Of a DNA stretch of 20,000 nucleotides, positions 1 to 10,917 are shown piece after piece. The DNA lies in assembly GCA_021432655.1 (NCBI GenBank), contig MU271226.1, positions 115,184-135,183 on the forward strand, read 5' to 3'. Source of the stretch: Atractiella rhizophila. Lineage: Eukaryota. The translations under genes and the position numbers were made by a program. The notes beneath the pieces are model-generated. The model had not been told where the DNA came from. It saw only the letters and a program-made list of their open reading frames with translations, and made no database searches. Position 1 is the stretch's first letter. Each line of letters begins with the position of its first letter.

Positions 1-12
1 AAGACCCCGTTC

Positions 13-1350
13 GTTCGAAGTTGGGAGCTTTTGCTATGTTTCATCGGTACATGTAAGAATTTAAGGCTCAGGATTGTATCGTAGACTGTGTGTCGGAAAG
101 GGCATTCCGGACTGTTGTAATTCTAGTATGGAGAAGCGTTGGGAGTTTGCTTGCTTCTGCCTTGTCCACGGAGAGTCTGCATCGCTTGTGAGCCATTCTC
201 GCGCTCACGATGGCCTTTCATTTAGATGATAGACTATTCTTGTCCATTATGCCAAAAGAATCACGCAATCATAGAAGTGTCAAAACAACATTGTCATACA
301 TAACAGCACTGTTCTCCTACTCTCAACGTATCTTTGTTGTCCTAATCGGATGTCGCGCTTTTCCATATTTAAGGAAAAGAGCCAAATCTTAGCATCACGT
401 GAGACTGCGCGTGGGAGCAAGTCCATTAGACCCTGCATTAGACCACTTCCTCGTGCCATCCATGATTGATCGGTCCACAATTTCTTTGAAGGAGCCACAT
501 CACGAATATTTTCTCACCATGTCAGCCAATTCGAGGCTCTAAGTGCCGCTTCCCCGCCAAAAGTTGGTTGCCGCATTGATTGCCGGTGAAGGGAATCTTG
601 GGAACCGGATGTCAAACCCAGGTAAAAGGCGACCTGCTCTAACTCAGGTCCCCCAACGATAACGATAAACAGCATGGCGCGAAAATCCACTCGAAGAGAG
701 CCGATTCGAATCGCCATCATTGGTTGTGGGTGTGTACATTTCCCTGCTTCAGGTTGTGAACTGAAGAATGAACCGCTGGATGATGTGCAGACTATCTGGC
801 ATCACCCTAACCCTCAAACTTGTCACAGCTTTTGAGAAGAAGGGATATGTCAAGGGAAGGGATTGGACATTGGCCATTTTCGAGAGGGGAGATGGCCCTG
901 TTGGAACCTGGCGATACAACACTTATCCAGGGTGCGCATGCGACGGTGGGTCCCATTGTTCCAGTTGCTGCCTGGCCATTCAACCATTGAGAGAGCAGTC
1001 CCCGTCCACTATTACTCCCTCTCCGACCATCCAAATCCTGATTGGAGCACCGCTTATGCGGGTCAACAAGAAATCGAGGCCTACTGGCTCAAGTTGTACC
1101 ATCAGTATGAAATCTCCCGCTTTGTCACATTCCAGACCACCTTTCTCTCCTCCAATTGGTCCTCCTCTTCACAATCGCACGCCCTCACACTCTCATCTAA
1201 CGACACTGGCAAGACATTTCAATACGAAGCAGACGTCCTCGTGTCCTGCATCGGAGGCTTCGCTCATCCAGTCAATCCGGAACTAGGAAGCTTTGGGGGA
1301 ATCAGTTTTCATTCAAACCGCTGGCCGAAGGATCAGGTTGCGGAAATGGA
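13..1350 (+). repeat. Direct repeat copy A of a ~1.34 kb tandem segmental duplication (BVMO upstream region plus 5' part of the gene)
   Basis: Aligns by eye to 2433..3771 (e.g. ttaaggctcaggattgtatcgtagactgt and agcatggcgcgaaaatccactcgaagagag occur in both). Similarity stops abruptly after ...gcggaaatgga at 1350. The left edge is near the window start and is uncertain. Confidence 0.95.
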
Positions 1351-1441
1351 AAAAAAGGATAGCGGAAGAGGAGTCAGTTTGAGCCAGTTTGGATATGACC
1401 AATTAACTCGATTCAAGAGCGTGAACAAGAAAGTTGTTTGA
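674..1441 (+). pseudogene. 3'-truncated Baeyer-Villiger-type flavin monooxygenase (copy A)
   Basis: Exons 674-729, 791-945, 999-1441 with GT-AG introns. Reads MARKSTRREPIRIAIIGCGLSG (FAD GxGxxG), [24 protein letters not shown] and [12 protein letters not shown] (FxGxxxHxxxWP fingerprint). Homology ends at 1350, before the NADPH Rossmann motif, and the frame runs into unrelated sequence to a stop at 1441. Confidence 0.9.
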
Positions 1442-1715
1442 AGGAACAAGGAACAGTCGCGAAGCTAGTTCAGGCGCTCAGCGTCGGCATGTCTTTTTCT
1501 GAGGAAATGTGCGAAATAGAATTTGAATCTATACTTGTAATGAGAATAGAATATCACAAACAGAATTCCAGTGACACGACATCAACAGAACGATCAAACC
1601 ATCCATGGTCACGTGATGTAAACTCCTGAGGTATGTACTCGAATCTCCCTGGGACATACAAGTCGTTATACAAGATCAAATAAATCCCTGCTCCTCCTTT
1701 CGAGCGAGAGAAGGA

Positions 1716-2197
1716 TCATCGACCCTTTCCACCCCATACACTCAGGAGAAAATCCGTCCCATTCGCGGTTAGATTCGCTTTGCACCACAAACTGTGGTGT
1801 TAGATAACAATCTAATGAAAAGAGGAGACTCTAACCCTTGGATCCCCATGCTGCACCTGCACCACCTGTCCACGCTGCTGTCGCCTGTGTTGGAGCTTTG
1901 TAAATGTCTGGTTTCTCTGCAAGCAAGGTTCGTTCAACTCCTCGGGAACATAACGAGTGTAGAGGATCAAACAAACCTGCGGGAGGTATCTCAGAGTCGT
2001 GCATGCGTGCAACAGCATCTTGCCAACCTAAATCAGGTGGATGTAAGTCAAAGGAACAACTTCATTCGACCGTGACGAGGCTCACCTTTTTGTAGGTAGG
2101 AGACGCAATCTGGAGCGTTGAAGGAGTTAGAAAGGGAGTCAACTGATGGTAATGCTGCTGAACCTGCTACTGTTGCTGATGTTGAAGAGGCCGCCAT
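1716..2197 (-). CDS. Small 4-exon hypothetical protein, 101 aa (absent from the ORF track)
   Basis: Exons 2197-2086, 2027-1977, 1916-1836, 1777-1716. Three GT-AG introns of 58, 60 and 58 nt, all phase 1, give an open frame: MAASSTSATVAGSAALPSVDSLSNSFNAPDCVSYLQKGWQDAVARMHDSEIPPAEKPDIYKAPTQATAAWTGGAGAAWGSKANLTANGTDFLLSVWGGKGR*. The last acceptor (AAG) is the least certain. Confidence 0.8.
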
Positions 2198-2432
2198 GAT
2201 GCTCGTTTCGAGACAAGTAGTCTGAAATGAAATGCGAGCAAATAACCATGCGGTTCCGATTTACCCGTCCATTGCCACCAGAAGACCAAAAGTTTTTGGA
2301 AGCTCTATGTATTGATCTGAGATTTGGTTATATATTGGCCTCGCAGAAGAGCTAGCGACTATTGTAGGAAAACTATTGAGTTGGAATGTGAAGCTAGTTG
2401 TGTGGCGAGGATGGTGTTGAGGTACGCTCAAT

Positions 2433-3771
2433 GTTCGAAGGTGGGAGCTTTTGCTATGTTCATTGGTACATGTAAAGCATTTAAGGCTCAGGATTGTATC
2501 GTAGACTGTTAGAAAGTGGATTCCGGACTGTAATTCTAGTATGTAGAAGTGTTCTGGCGTCCAATCAAACATTGTAATTGCTTGCTTCTACCTTTTTCCA
2601 AGGAGAGTCTAGGTCCGCTTGTGAACCATCCTCGTGTTCGCGGTGGCCTTTTGTTCAACTGATAGACTATGCTAGTCCATTATGCCAAAGAATCACGCAA
2701 TCATAGAAGCATAAATAATGTATTTGTTATGGGCCAACGGAACTGTCGGTGCTCTAAACCTATCGTTGTCCTGCTAAATGGGAATATCGCACTTTTCCGT
2801 GTTTGAAGGAAAAGAGCCAAATCAGCATCGCGTGAGCCTGAGCATGAGAGGAAGTCCATTAAACCACTTCCTCGTGCCATGATCGGTCCACACTTCTTGT
2901 AAGGAGCCACATCACGAATCTTTTCTTACCGTTGTCAGCCAATTCGAGGCTGCAAAGTAACACCTTCCGGGGCCGCTTCCCCGCCAAAACTTGGTTGCCG
3001 CATTGATTGCCGGTGAAGGGATTCTTGCGAACCGGATGTCAAAACCAAGGTAAAAGGGGGCCTGTTCTAACTCAGGTCCCCTCAACGATAACGATAAACA
3101 GCATGGCGCGAAAATCCACTCGAAGAGAGCCGATTCGAATCGCCATTATTGGTTGTGGGTGCGTACATTTCCTGCTTCAGGTTGTGAACTGAAGAAGGAA
3201 CCGCTGGATGATGTGCAGACTATCTGGTATCACCCTCACCCTCAAACTTGTCACAGCTTTTGAGAAGAAGGGGTATGTCAAGGGAAGGGATTGGACGTTG
3301 GCCATTTTCGAGAGGGGAGATGGCCCTGTCGGAACCTGGCGATACAACACTTATCCAGGTTGTGCATGCGACGGTGGGTCCCATTGTTCCAGTTGCTGCC
3401 TGTCCATTCAACCATTGAGAGAGCAGTCCCCGTCCACTATTACTCCCTCATCCAAATCCCGATTGGAGCACTGCCTATGCGGGTCAACAAGAAATAGAGG
3501 CCTATTGGCTCAAGTTGTACCATCAGTATGAAATCTCCCGCTTTGTCACATTCCAGACCACCTTTCTCTCCTCCAATTGGTCCTCCTCTTCACAATCGCA
3601 CGCCCTCACACTCTCATCTAACGACACTGGCAAGACATTTCAATACGAAGCAGACGTCCTCGTGTCCTGCATCGGAGGCTTCGCTCATCCAGTCAATCCA
3701 GAACTAGGAAGCTTTGGGGGAATCAGTTTTCATTCAAACCGCTGGCCGAAGGATCAGGTTGCGGAAATGGA
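2433..3771 (+). repeat. Direct repeat copy B of the tandem duplication
   Basis: Matches 13..1350 at an offset of ~2420 nt. The non-coding part has many substitutions and indels; the coding part is nearly identical. Confidence 0.95.
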
Positions 3772-5138
3772 GGAGGGGGAGGAGACGATACGTGATCCCA
3801 AGATCGACTGGCTGAAGGGGAAGAAAGTGGGAATCATTGGCGCTGGTTCGACAGCATCGCAAATCATTCCTTCTATCGTGGACCTGAAAGGCATCGAAAT
3901 TCATCAATTCACGAGAACGCCTAACTGGATTGCGCCAAGGGTGCCTGTCCAACAGCTCGTGATGGGTTTGTGGTTACTCTCAGGGCGTAGGATGCCGCTA
4001 CCCGTGCGCTATCATTTCTTCCAACTAGTTACAGCTTTTGAGTCAACCATATGGGATGTAGACAGATTTGAAGTATTCCAACTTCTCAAAATTCTTGTTT
4101 CGCTGGCTTCCAGGTTTTCGACTTTTTCATCGGTTTATGCTCTACTTCTGGGGGCACGAAATTGCTTGGGCAGCTTTCAGGAACAAGGACTCGAAAGTAA
4201 ATAAGCGTGCGCGACAGGTTTGTTTTCTGCCTTTGGCAGTATCATTTCACTCAACTCATTGGATTAATATGCAGACTGTGACCGCCTACATGAAGCATCA
4301 AATGCCTCCACGATATTGGAATGACCTCATACCAGACTACGAGCCGGGTTGCAAGAGGACCGTTATCGATCCAGTCGCAAACGGATACCTCAATGCCCTC
4401 TGGAAACCGAATTTGCACGTTTATCGTATGAAAAAAGTCCAAGTTGTCGACAAAGGCGTCGTGCTCCCTGATGGTCAACTGCTTCGTCATATTTCAGCAA
4501 ATACAGAGAATCTGATTCTGGTTGAATATAGAGAGCATAGTCAATCTTGACGTCCTTATATACGCTACTGGGTTTTCAGTCGCGACCGACGGTCTTACGC
4601 TGAATATTGGAGGGAGGACAGATCCTCTTCCTAAATATTGGCAAGACAGAGTCAGTATTGACCTATCACTCAAATCATCCCTAACCCTACGTTTCGCATT
4701 AGGGTGGTCCAGAAGCCTTCATGGGGATTCTCGTTCCTTCATTCCCGAACTTCGTCAGCCTAGTCGGCCCAAACTCTATTACAGGGCATCAAAGCGTTAT
4801 CGCTTTCGTCGAAAGTCAATGCACCTACATCGAACAGCTGATTTTAGGCATGTTCGAGAAGGACATTGGAACATTTGAAGTTCGCGAAGACGTCTGTCGC
4901 GACTATAACCAAATGTTGAAAGGTCGGCTGGAGCAGAGCGCAATGAATGGGAGCTGTGTTGCATGGTATAAGACGAAAGACGGGAAAAACACCACTGGCT
5001 GGCCAGGTACTTTGGTACGTTTCGTTTCTCTCAACCTTGTGTCATGTGTGGCTGACCGCTAGTGGTAAGGCCGAATTCTGGTGGAGGACGCGCAAAGTTC
5101 ATTGGAACGATTTGGTCACTTCTAAACCGTTACACTGA
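3103..5138 (+). pseudogene. Full-length Baeyer-Villiger-type FAD/NADPH monooxygenase (copy B) with a 7-nt frameshifting deletion in exon 3
   Basis: Eight exons: 3103-3158, 3219-3373, 3427-3940, 4062-4217, 4275-4473, 4532-4650, 4703-5014, 5070-5138. Motifs [65 protein letters not shown], FPNF. Relative to copy A, tccgacc is missing at ~3449, leading to a stop at 3495-3497. Family call is confident; pseudogene status depends on the deletion being real. Confidence 0.85.
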
Positions 5139-6137
5139 CAACTTTGACATCGCTTGTGTGCAGGAGCTTTGTTTGTCTGCAATTCATCTTCATCGTACGT
5201 TACATCTCTACGTCATCATTTCGGCTCCCATTGGCAAATCCTTACAAAGGCCATTTTGCCCATGCTTAGCCACCAGGCAAAGGTTTCCGTCAAAGCAAAA
5301 GGACAGAAAGAAAGCGAGAACTGAAACGCATCTCTTCCAGTCCAATCAATGAACATTAAGCAACGTCCATTCCAATCGCTCTCTTCAAAATAATGAAGTA
5401 CCGTTATTTCTTCTCATGTCTTGTACCAATCTCACTAGTAAGAGGGACCTCGCAATACGGTTGTCACTTGTTATGTAGCAGTTGAGGAGAACAGATTCTA
5501 CCGAGTCCAACGCATCCTGCCAACTGGAAGAGTCGTCGTGAACCAGCCCCTGTGTGCGCCTTCGATCGCATCAACCGAGATGATGTATTTCAAGCCATTT
5601 CCTTTTTCAACCAACCAGCACGTCAATGACTGGAAAACCTTTGAGGCAGAGCTGGTTGATACCTATGCGCTCACTTGTACCCATTAGAATATCTGCTGAA
5701 GGGAAGAAGTCGGGAACTGTTCGAGGTCGAAGAAGTAGAGCGCAATTGTCATGGTAAAGGTAGACGGTGTTGATGTTGATGTTGAAGCCAGCCTCAGGGT
5801 TCGAATTGAAGTTCTGACAACAAGGAGTGGCAGGAGCTGAGTGTCGCGAGTTTAACTTCAAGCTTCAAGTCACATTGAGAGTGTAAACTATTGAGTGATA
5901 ATAATCATGACATCTGATTAAAGAAAGGTAGATGTTCTTACATGGGCCATATCAGAGACATCGTTTTGATCCCTGCTATTATCCGGACGTTTCCAAATCA
6001 CTTTAATTTCCAACCCCCGTACATACATCCTAGCACAGTCTTGGGGGGGTCAACTGCGACACCTTCCATGAAGAAATGACTTTAGAAGGGCAGTGTAAGT
6101 AGCCTCTTGGTGGAGGAGATGGGGTAAATAAAGTCCT

Positions 6138-7067
6138 TCAATCACTCTTTTCTAATCGGTACCTCTGTCTCCACTCCCGTTCAAGAATTCCACTACAGAC
6201 CATAAGGGCACCATACGGACATGAGGAAAGAACAGACTCACAGACAGTGGTTGTCGTAGAACTTCCCCCCAACTTTCAAAATGTAGAGTTGTTGATCAGT
6301 GGCATCTAACACTGATCGCGCAACTCAAACAACGCACTGAAAAAGCACTCTCGTTGTATACCTTCCGTTTTAAAGCCGCTACCCGTAACCGTAAGTATGC
6401 AAAACATGATAGACCTAGATTGTAGGAGACAAACATCGATTTATACAGTTTTTTAGCGGGTTCGTTCCACGACAATACATCCCCAGACACCTATACCATC
6501 ATAATCATCTTAAGTACACCGCTTTTGAAGAATCCAAAGGCACCACCGACCTTGTGTAGCCCGTAATGTTCGAAGCCTTGTTCAAGGAGCCACAACAAAG
6601 CTTCTTTCCCGTAACCCTTTCCTTGATACCTGATCTTCTGGATCAGGAATAGTTCTATGGACGGAAATTCATGAAAATGCACTCGGAACCAAGTTTAATG
6701 GCGAAGCGAGAGACGGGGAAGCGTGTTTCAGCAGCAGAGAGCGACATTTGACCAATCACTTGTCCTGCTTTCTTTTTCCCTTTTCCCTCGCCTTCTTCAT
6801 CACTAACGAGGCATATAGTGATGAAATACGGGCTCTTCTCATGATTTGCAAAGTATTGTTCCCAGCGCTCGGTCGTCATCGGCCTGCATCGTTTTCTCAA
6901 CACAGACGGGGAAGAGATCAGGAGGGATAAGCAGACCTCGTCTCCAGATGTGACGCCAACAGTGCATGTTCATCGAATATTTTGACAAATATTGGAATGT
7001 CGGACTTTTCACTGGTGCGATAGACCAGCCGCTCTGAGTGGAATTTTACTACTGGTACTGTCGACAT
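6138..7067 (-). CDS. GNAT family N-acetyltransferase, RimJ/RimL-like, ~197 aa
   Basis: Seven exons with consistent phases: 7067-6937, 6883-6683, 6629-6551, 6490-6435, 6378-6338, 6272-6242, 6192-6138. Contains SERLVYR, the acetyl-CoA motif EYQGKGYGKEAL, GLHKV, WNEPAKKLYKSIGFKTEGIQRE and C-terminal GILEREW. Confidence 0.92.
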
Positions 7068-7616
7068 CCTAGTAGGATTGATATTGATATTGGATCAATG
7101 AATCTGTCCCAACGAAGTTGATTCTTTTGTGCCACCAGGCGTTATAAAGCAGAATCTCGGAGTATATCGATCGAGGAGTCATGAGAGGGTAAAGCATGCC
7201 AGAGCACGCAGCGTATCCGACTCGGAGTGTATCATAACGCCGAGGCAAAATTGCGAGAGGAGTTGAGATGTAAAGGTGGCTGAGTCTGAATAAAGCAACT
7301 ATCGCTCATTAATAGAGGACCTACTAGCAACCCCCCACCTCATCAAATACAGTTGATCTGAAGAGGCCACAGATATGAAGGTTCTGTGAATATAGTCTCG
7401 CTAGCTATACACGCCAGTTCATGCAACCCAGTTTTGCAAAAATGCATGCGGAAGTAAAATGAATTAAGAAAGACAGCAACACACAGTGCCGTGAATTGTG
7501 AAGAACAAAGAGATATGGATTTGAGATGCTGCAGCAAATTTCGGAGCACAATACGTACTAGTCAGCAGTGTCAAGGAAGAAAAACGAAGGTTTGAGGGAG
7601 GAAATGGCTTCGTTCA

Positions 7617-10267
7617 CTACACGTCCTTTGCAAAACGAAAAGCAAGACGATGGACCGGTGATGACTTTTGCGGCCTCTTTGTGATCTCGACCTCTCCCCT
7701 CTCCAGGGCCGCGAAGTCAATTATCCCACAGCTCTCATCCCATCTGACTTCTTCCCATCTTGGTTTCCCATCCTGTGCTCTACTAGGTTTGAGCTGTCCC
7801 ACCTCTGCCCTCTGCTTCGACAATATTGCTGACATCTGTGGTAACTGAGTGGTACCAAGATTGTGCATCCTGGTAAACACTTGGAAGAGGGCTCGGAGTT
7901 CAGCGGGCGAAAGGTGGAGCGCTGAATATTGTGCATGAGGGGGTCGTACTGGACAGGAAGGTGAACTATTAGAGGCGGAGGGATTGGGTGGAGAGCGAAG
8001 CGAAGATACATGCGCGAGAGGGGTGGAAGGTACAGGAGGTGGATCGATTTTAGGAGTCGACAGAAAGGCGACAGAGCACTTTTGATCGAGGTCTAATATT
8101 ATACGTTGTGCTTGGAAAAAATGACGAAGGTCATCAGCGTCAGCGGGGTTGATAAGTTCTTCTTTGTCGTTTGAAGGAGAGCGATTGGATGGAGGGAGAG
8201 TTTGAGAAATTATTTTGTACCTGTGTAGCCATAAATGTGTGATCGTGTCAACGATAGATGAGATGTGTCTCACAGTTGAGCAAGGGTCGAACCAGAAATT
8301 TCCCTGGAAAGATATTCAGCGACGTGGTCCCAAATCCGCACAGTCCATGGTTCTATCTCGTCAGATACACATCGCTTGGCTTGAAGGACTTGGGGTATTC
8401 GATTTCCCACCCCTTCTATGACCCTTCGGAGAACAAGGATATCACGGTGATTAACGTATTGGATCAAGTCGTCCCTGAAAACTGCGACAACTTCCGCACA
8501 CGCCTGCTCTAACGAGCTCGTTGGCATAGACTGAGCCACTTCTTTGTTCAGCTGGGCAGTGGGAGGGGTATGTGAGCTTGTGGACGAGAGTGAGTCTCCA
8601 ATCGCTCTAGTGAAAGTAGGACAGGAAAGGGGCACTGTTGGAGGCGTTGGCTGCAAAGGAAGAGGTTGTGCGGCATTTCTCGTGCTCGAACTTAGAGATG
8701 GACGCGTTTCCAAGGCAGGCGGCGCGGAGGTCGATGTCCAGGCGGCATTCGAATGCGGTACTTCCTCCAACTCATCTACTTCCTCTTCCTTTGCGCCATC
8801 ACTACCGCCTACGAAAGGTTTCCTAAATCCTTCACGTCAGCCTTCACCCCCCTACGTCCAAAATCTGAACGTGTAAATCAAGAGACTCACCTCTCCTCCT
8901 CCGGCAATCCTACCTCGATCGGTGAGTAGTCTTCCCTCTTCAAGCTCTCCACATCCTCTCGCGTCACGCGAAAATGTCTTCTGAGCATCCACACCATCTC
9001 TTCCTCTTCTTTCTTCGTCGCGCTTGCACCCCCGACCGGATTTAGATCCTCATTCTGATTCATATCATCCCCCGAACCCACGAGCATACACCGGGGTAGA
9101 CCGACACAGGAATTTTCATGGACTACACGACAGAACCGTTGTATGCTCACGGGGTAGTTCCTCATCTCTCCCGCTCTCTCATCCTCCTTCACAGCCTCAT
9201 TTTCTTTCCCCTCCCTTTCATTCAGCAATTGAACCTGTCGTCTAACCCTCGCCTTCTCCAAGCCTGCTGCGTTTTGAATTCTTGTCCAAGCGTTCCATTC
9301 GTCCATAGCCTCTTTCCCCAAGGCGTTCGGATTGGAAGTAAAATTGGCAGAGGAGATGGCAGAAAAGCGGAAGGAGAGGCACGAAGGGAAGTTCAGGCAT
9401 GGCTGTTGAAGGTGGTGGAGAGAGCAGAGGGAGAAGAGACGGGGGAAGATTTTGGGCCACACCACCTCCTTCAAAGGCTGAATTGGCTTCTGCGGTCCAT
9501 GTTCGGGTTGAGGTTGCTGTAGTCGAGCTTCTTGCTGAGTGGACGCGTTGGAGCTAGATGAGGTCGAGGTTGAGGGGTACAAGGGTCCTTGAAATTTCTT
9601 GCGTGTTGCGTTGATGGCTGGAGGGCGACCGTGCGCATGCTCCCGGTAACGTTTGAAAGCTTCTAGGATCCCGAGTGCCTTCATGATTCGCTCGACGTGC
9701 CTGATAGGTTCGGCGGTGCTTATGAGGCCCACAAGACAGTTTTGGATGCCTGGACATTCCGGAGTGTGATAAGTCTGTTCATCAATGCCAGTCAGTCAAC
9801 CCATATGCCCCTGGCGACAATTGGATAAACGATTGCGGCAGTAATAGCGAATAATGACGAAGAAAAGAGTAATAGAAGGAAAGACGAACATAACAAAACT
9901 CCCATAACTTTTCTTCGTCTTCGTTTCCACTTTCTCTCCTCTTGCCAACGCTTACACTGCCTTCAAATGAGCCATCCCTCTTTCTTTTCCTGCCCAGCGT
10001 TCTGCTCCGCTCCTTTTCCTTTCTCACAGCCAATCTCAGTGCCTCGTAGTCCAAGAAGTCGACGATGAGTCCCATGTCGCTCGTCTGTCGTATCGCGTCT
10101 TCGTCGCCCGCGAGACAGTCAGGGAAGCGCGGAGTGGTGCTCTGGGGTAAGCCAAGTGCTGGTGCGCGTGGTGCGCTTGGCAGTAGTTCGATAGCGACGC
10201 AAGCGGCGCGAGAGGTGGGAGGGGCATCTTCGTCTCCAAGTTCTTTATGCAAAGATGAAGCCGTCAA
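7617..10267 (-). CDS. Multi-exon hypothetical protein, no recognised domain; 5' end uncertain
   Basis: Four long minus-strand ORFs join in frame through plausible introns at about 9886-9775 (FCY|TYHTPEC), 8890-8822 (gtgagt...tttag) and 8273-8221 (gtgaga...cacag). Has an NLS-like GRKRKR. The first in-frame ATG is at 10075, but the frame is open further upstream. Confidence 0.65.
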
Positions 10268-10407
10268 CTGTTGCGTGCCTTGAGTGCCTCGAGGTGGATA
10301 TAAATATTATCTGAATAATGCCGCTCAGAGTATTACTCAAAGTTCAAGTTGCTGGTCAAAACATTGCTGGCTACGCTACCTTGAAGAAGCCAGCTCCTTC
10401 GTGTGGT

Positions 10408-10917
10408 TCAAGTCGGTCGGCGGCGGCAATCCAAGAAGGAAGAACGACGAACAAGTTCGGACAGGATTGTTCTATTCGAGTAGAACAACTTCTGTGATCT
10501 GTCGAGCACTATCTGGGTTTGAGAACTTAGAGGGAGGGTAACATGGGTCGGATAAGATATGAAGCTTATCAAGGGTGCTGGTTGATCCATTGGTGGTAGC
10601 ACTAGCAGCCCATGTCGGTCTCTAACCGGGCTCCATTCCCATAATCGTACGAGGACAGGACAAATATCTTCATACTCAGCAACCAAGCCCGCACCAGGTC
10701 CGATAGTCGTCATGGATGAGAGTCTTGGGTGATTTCCATAGATGCAGAATGGAATCGAAACCGGCATTTTGACACGGGTCCTGCTGGTAATAGGGTCAGA
10801 TGGATCAGCTCGAGGAGGGAAGTAATCAAGGCTGAGGAGGATAGGGAGGACAGGGAGTGGAATGGAGGGGAGTCTGTGATTCCAGATTAATTGATATGTC
10901 TGCATTTCCTTCTGCAC
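10408..10917 (-). other. Unassigned 169-codon open frame, possible exon or gene remnant
   Basis: ORF length only, plus isolated minus-strand donor-like sites upstream (cag/gtgagt near 11179, gtaagt near 11686). I could not build a consistent gene model. Confidence 0.2.

Noticed and set aside
1351..2432. Spacer between long direct repeats as an LTR element or transposon
   Set aside because: The repeats are gene sequence, there are no TG...CA ends, terminal inverted repeats or transposase/RT motifs, and the spacer holds an ordinary spliced gene.
13..3771. RIP-like hypermutation of the duplication
   Set aside because: Coding differences are all synonymous, include transversions and go in both directions, with no nonsense transitions.
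674..7067. BVMO plus GNAT as a secondary-metabolite or siderophore cluster
   Set aside because: No NRPS, PKS, transporter or regulator in the window. The monooxygenase has the BVMO fingerprint rather than evident N-hydroxylase features. Adjacency alone is not evidence.
8215..9522. Plus-strand ORFs (8258-8512, 8544-8876, 9118-9522)
   Set aside because: They are antisense shadows of the spliced minus-strand gene with no recognisable motifs.
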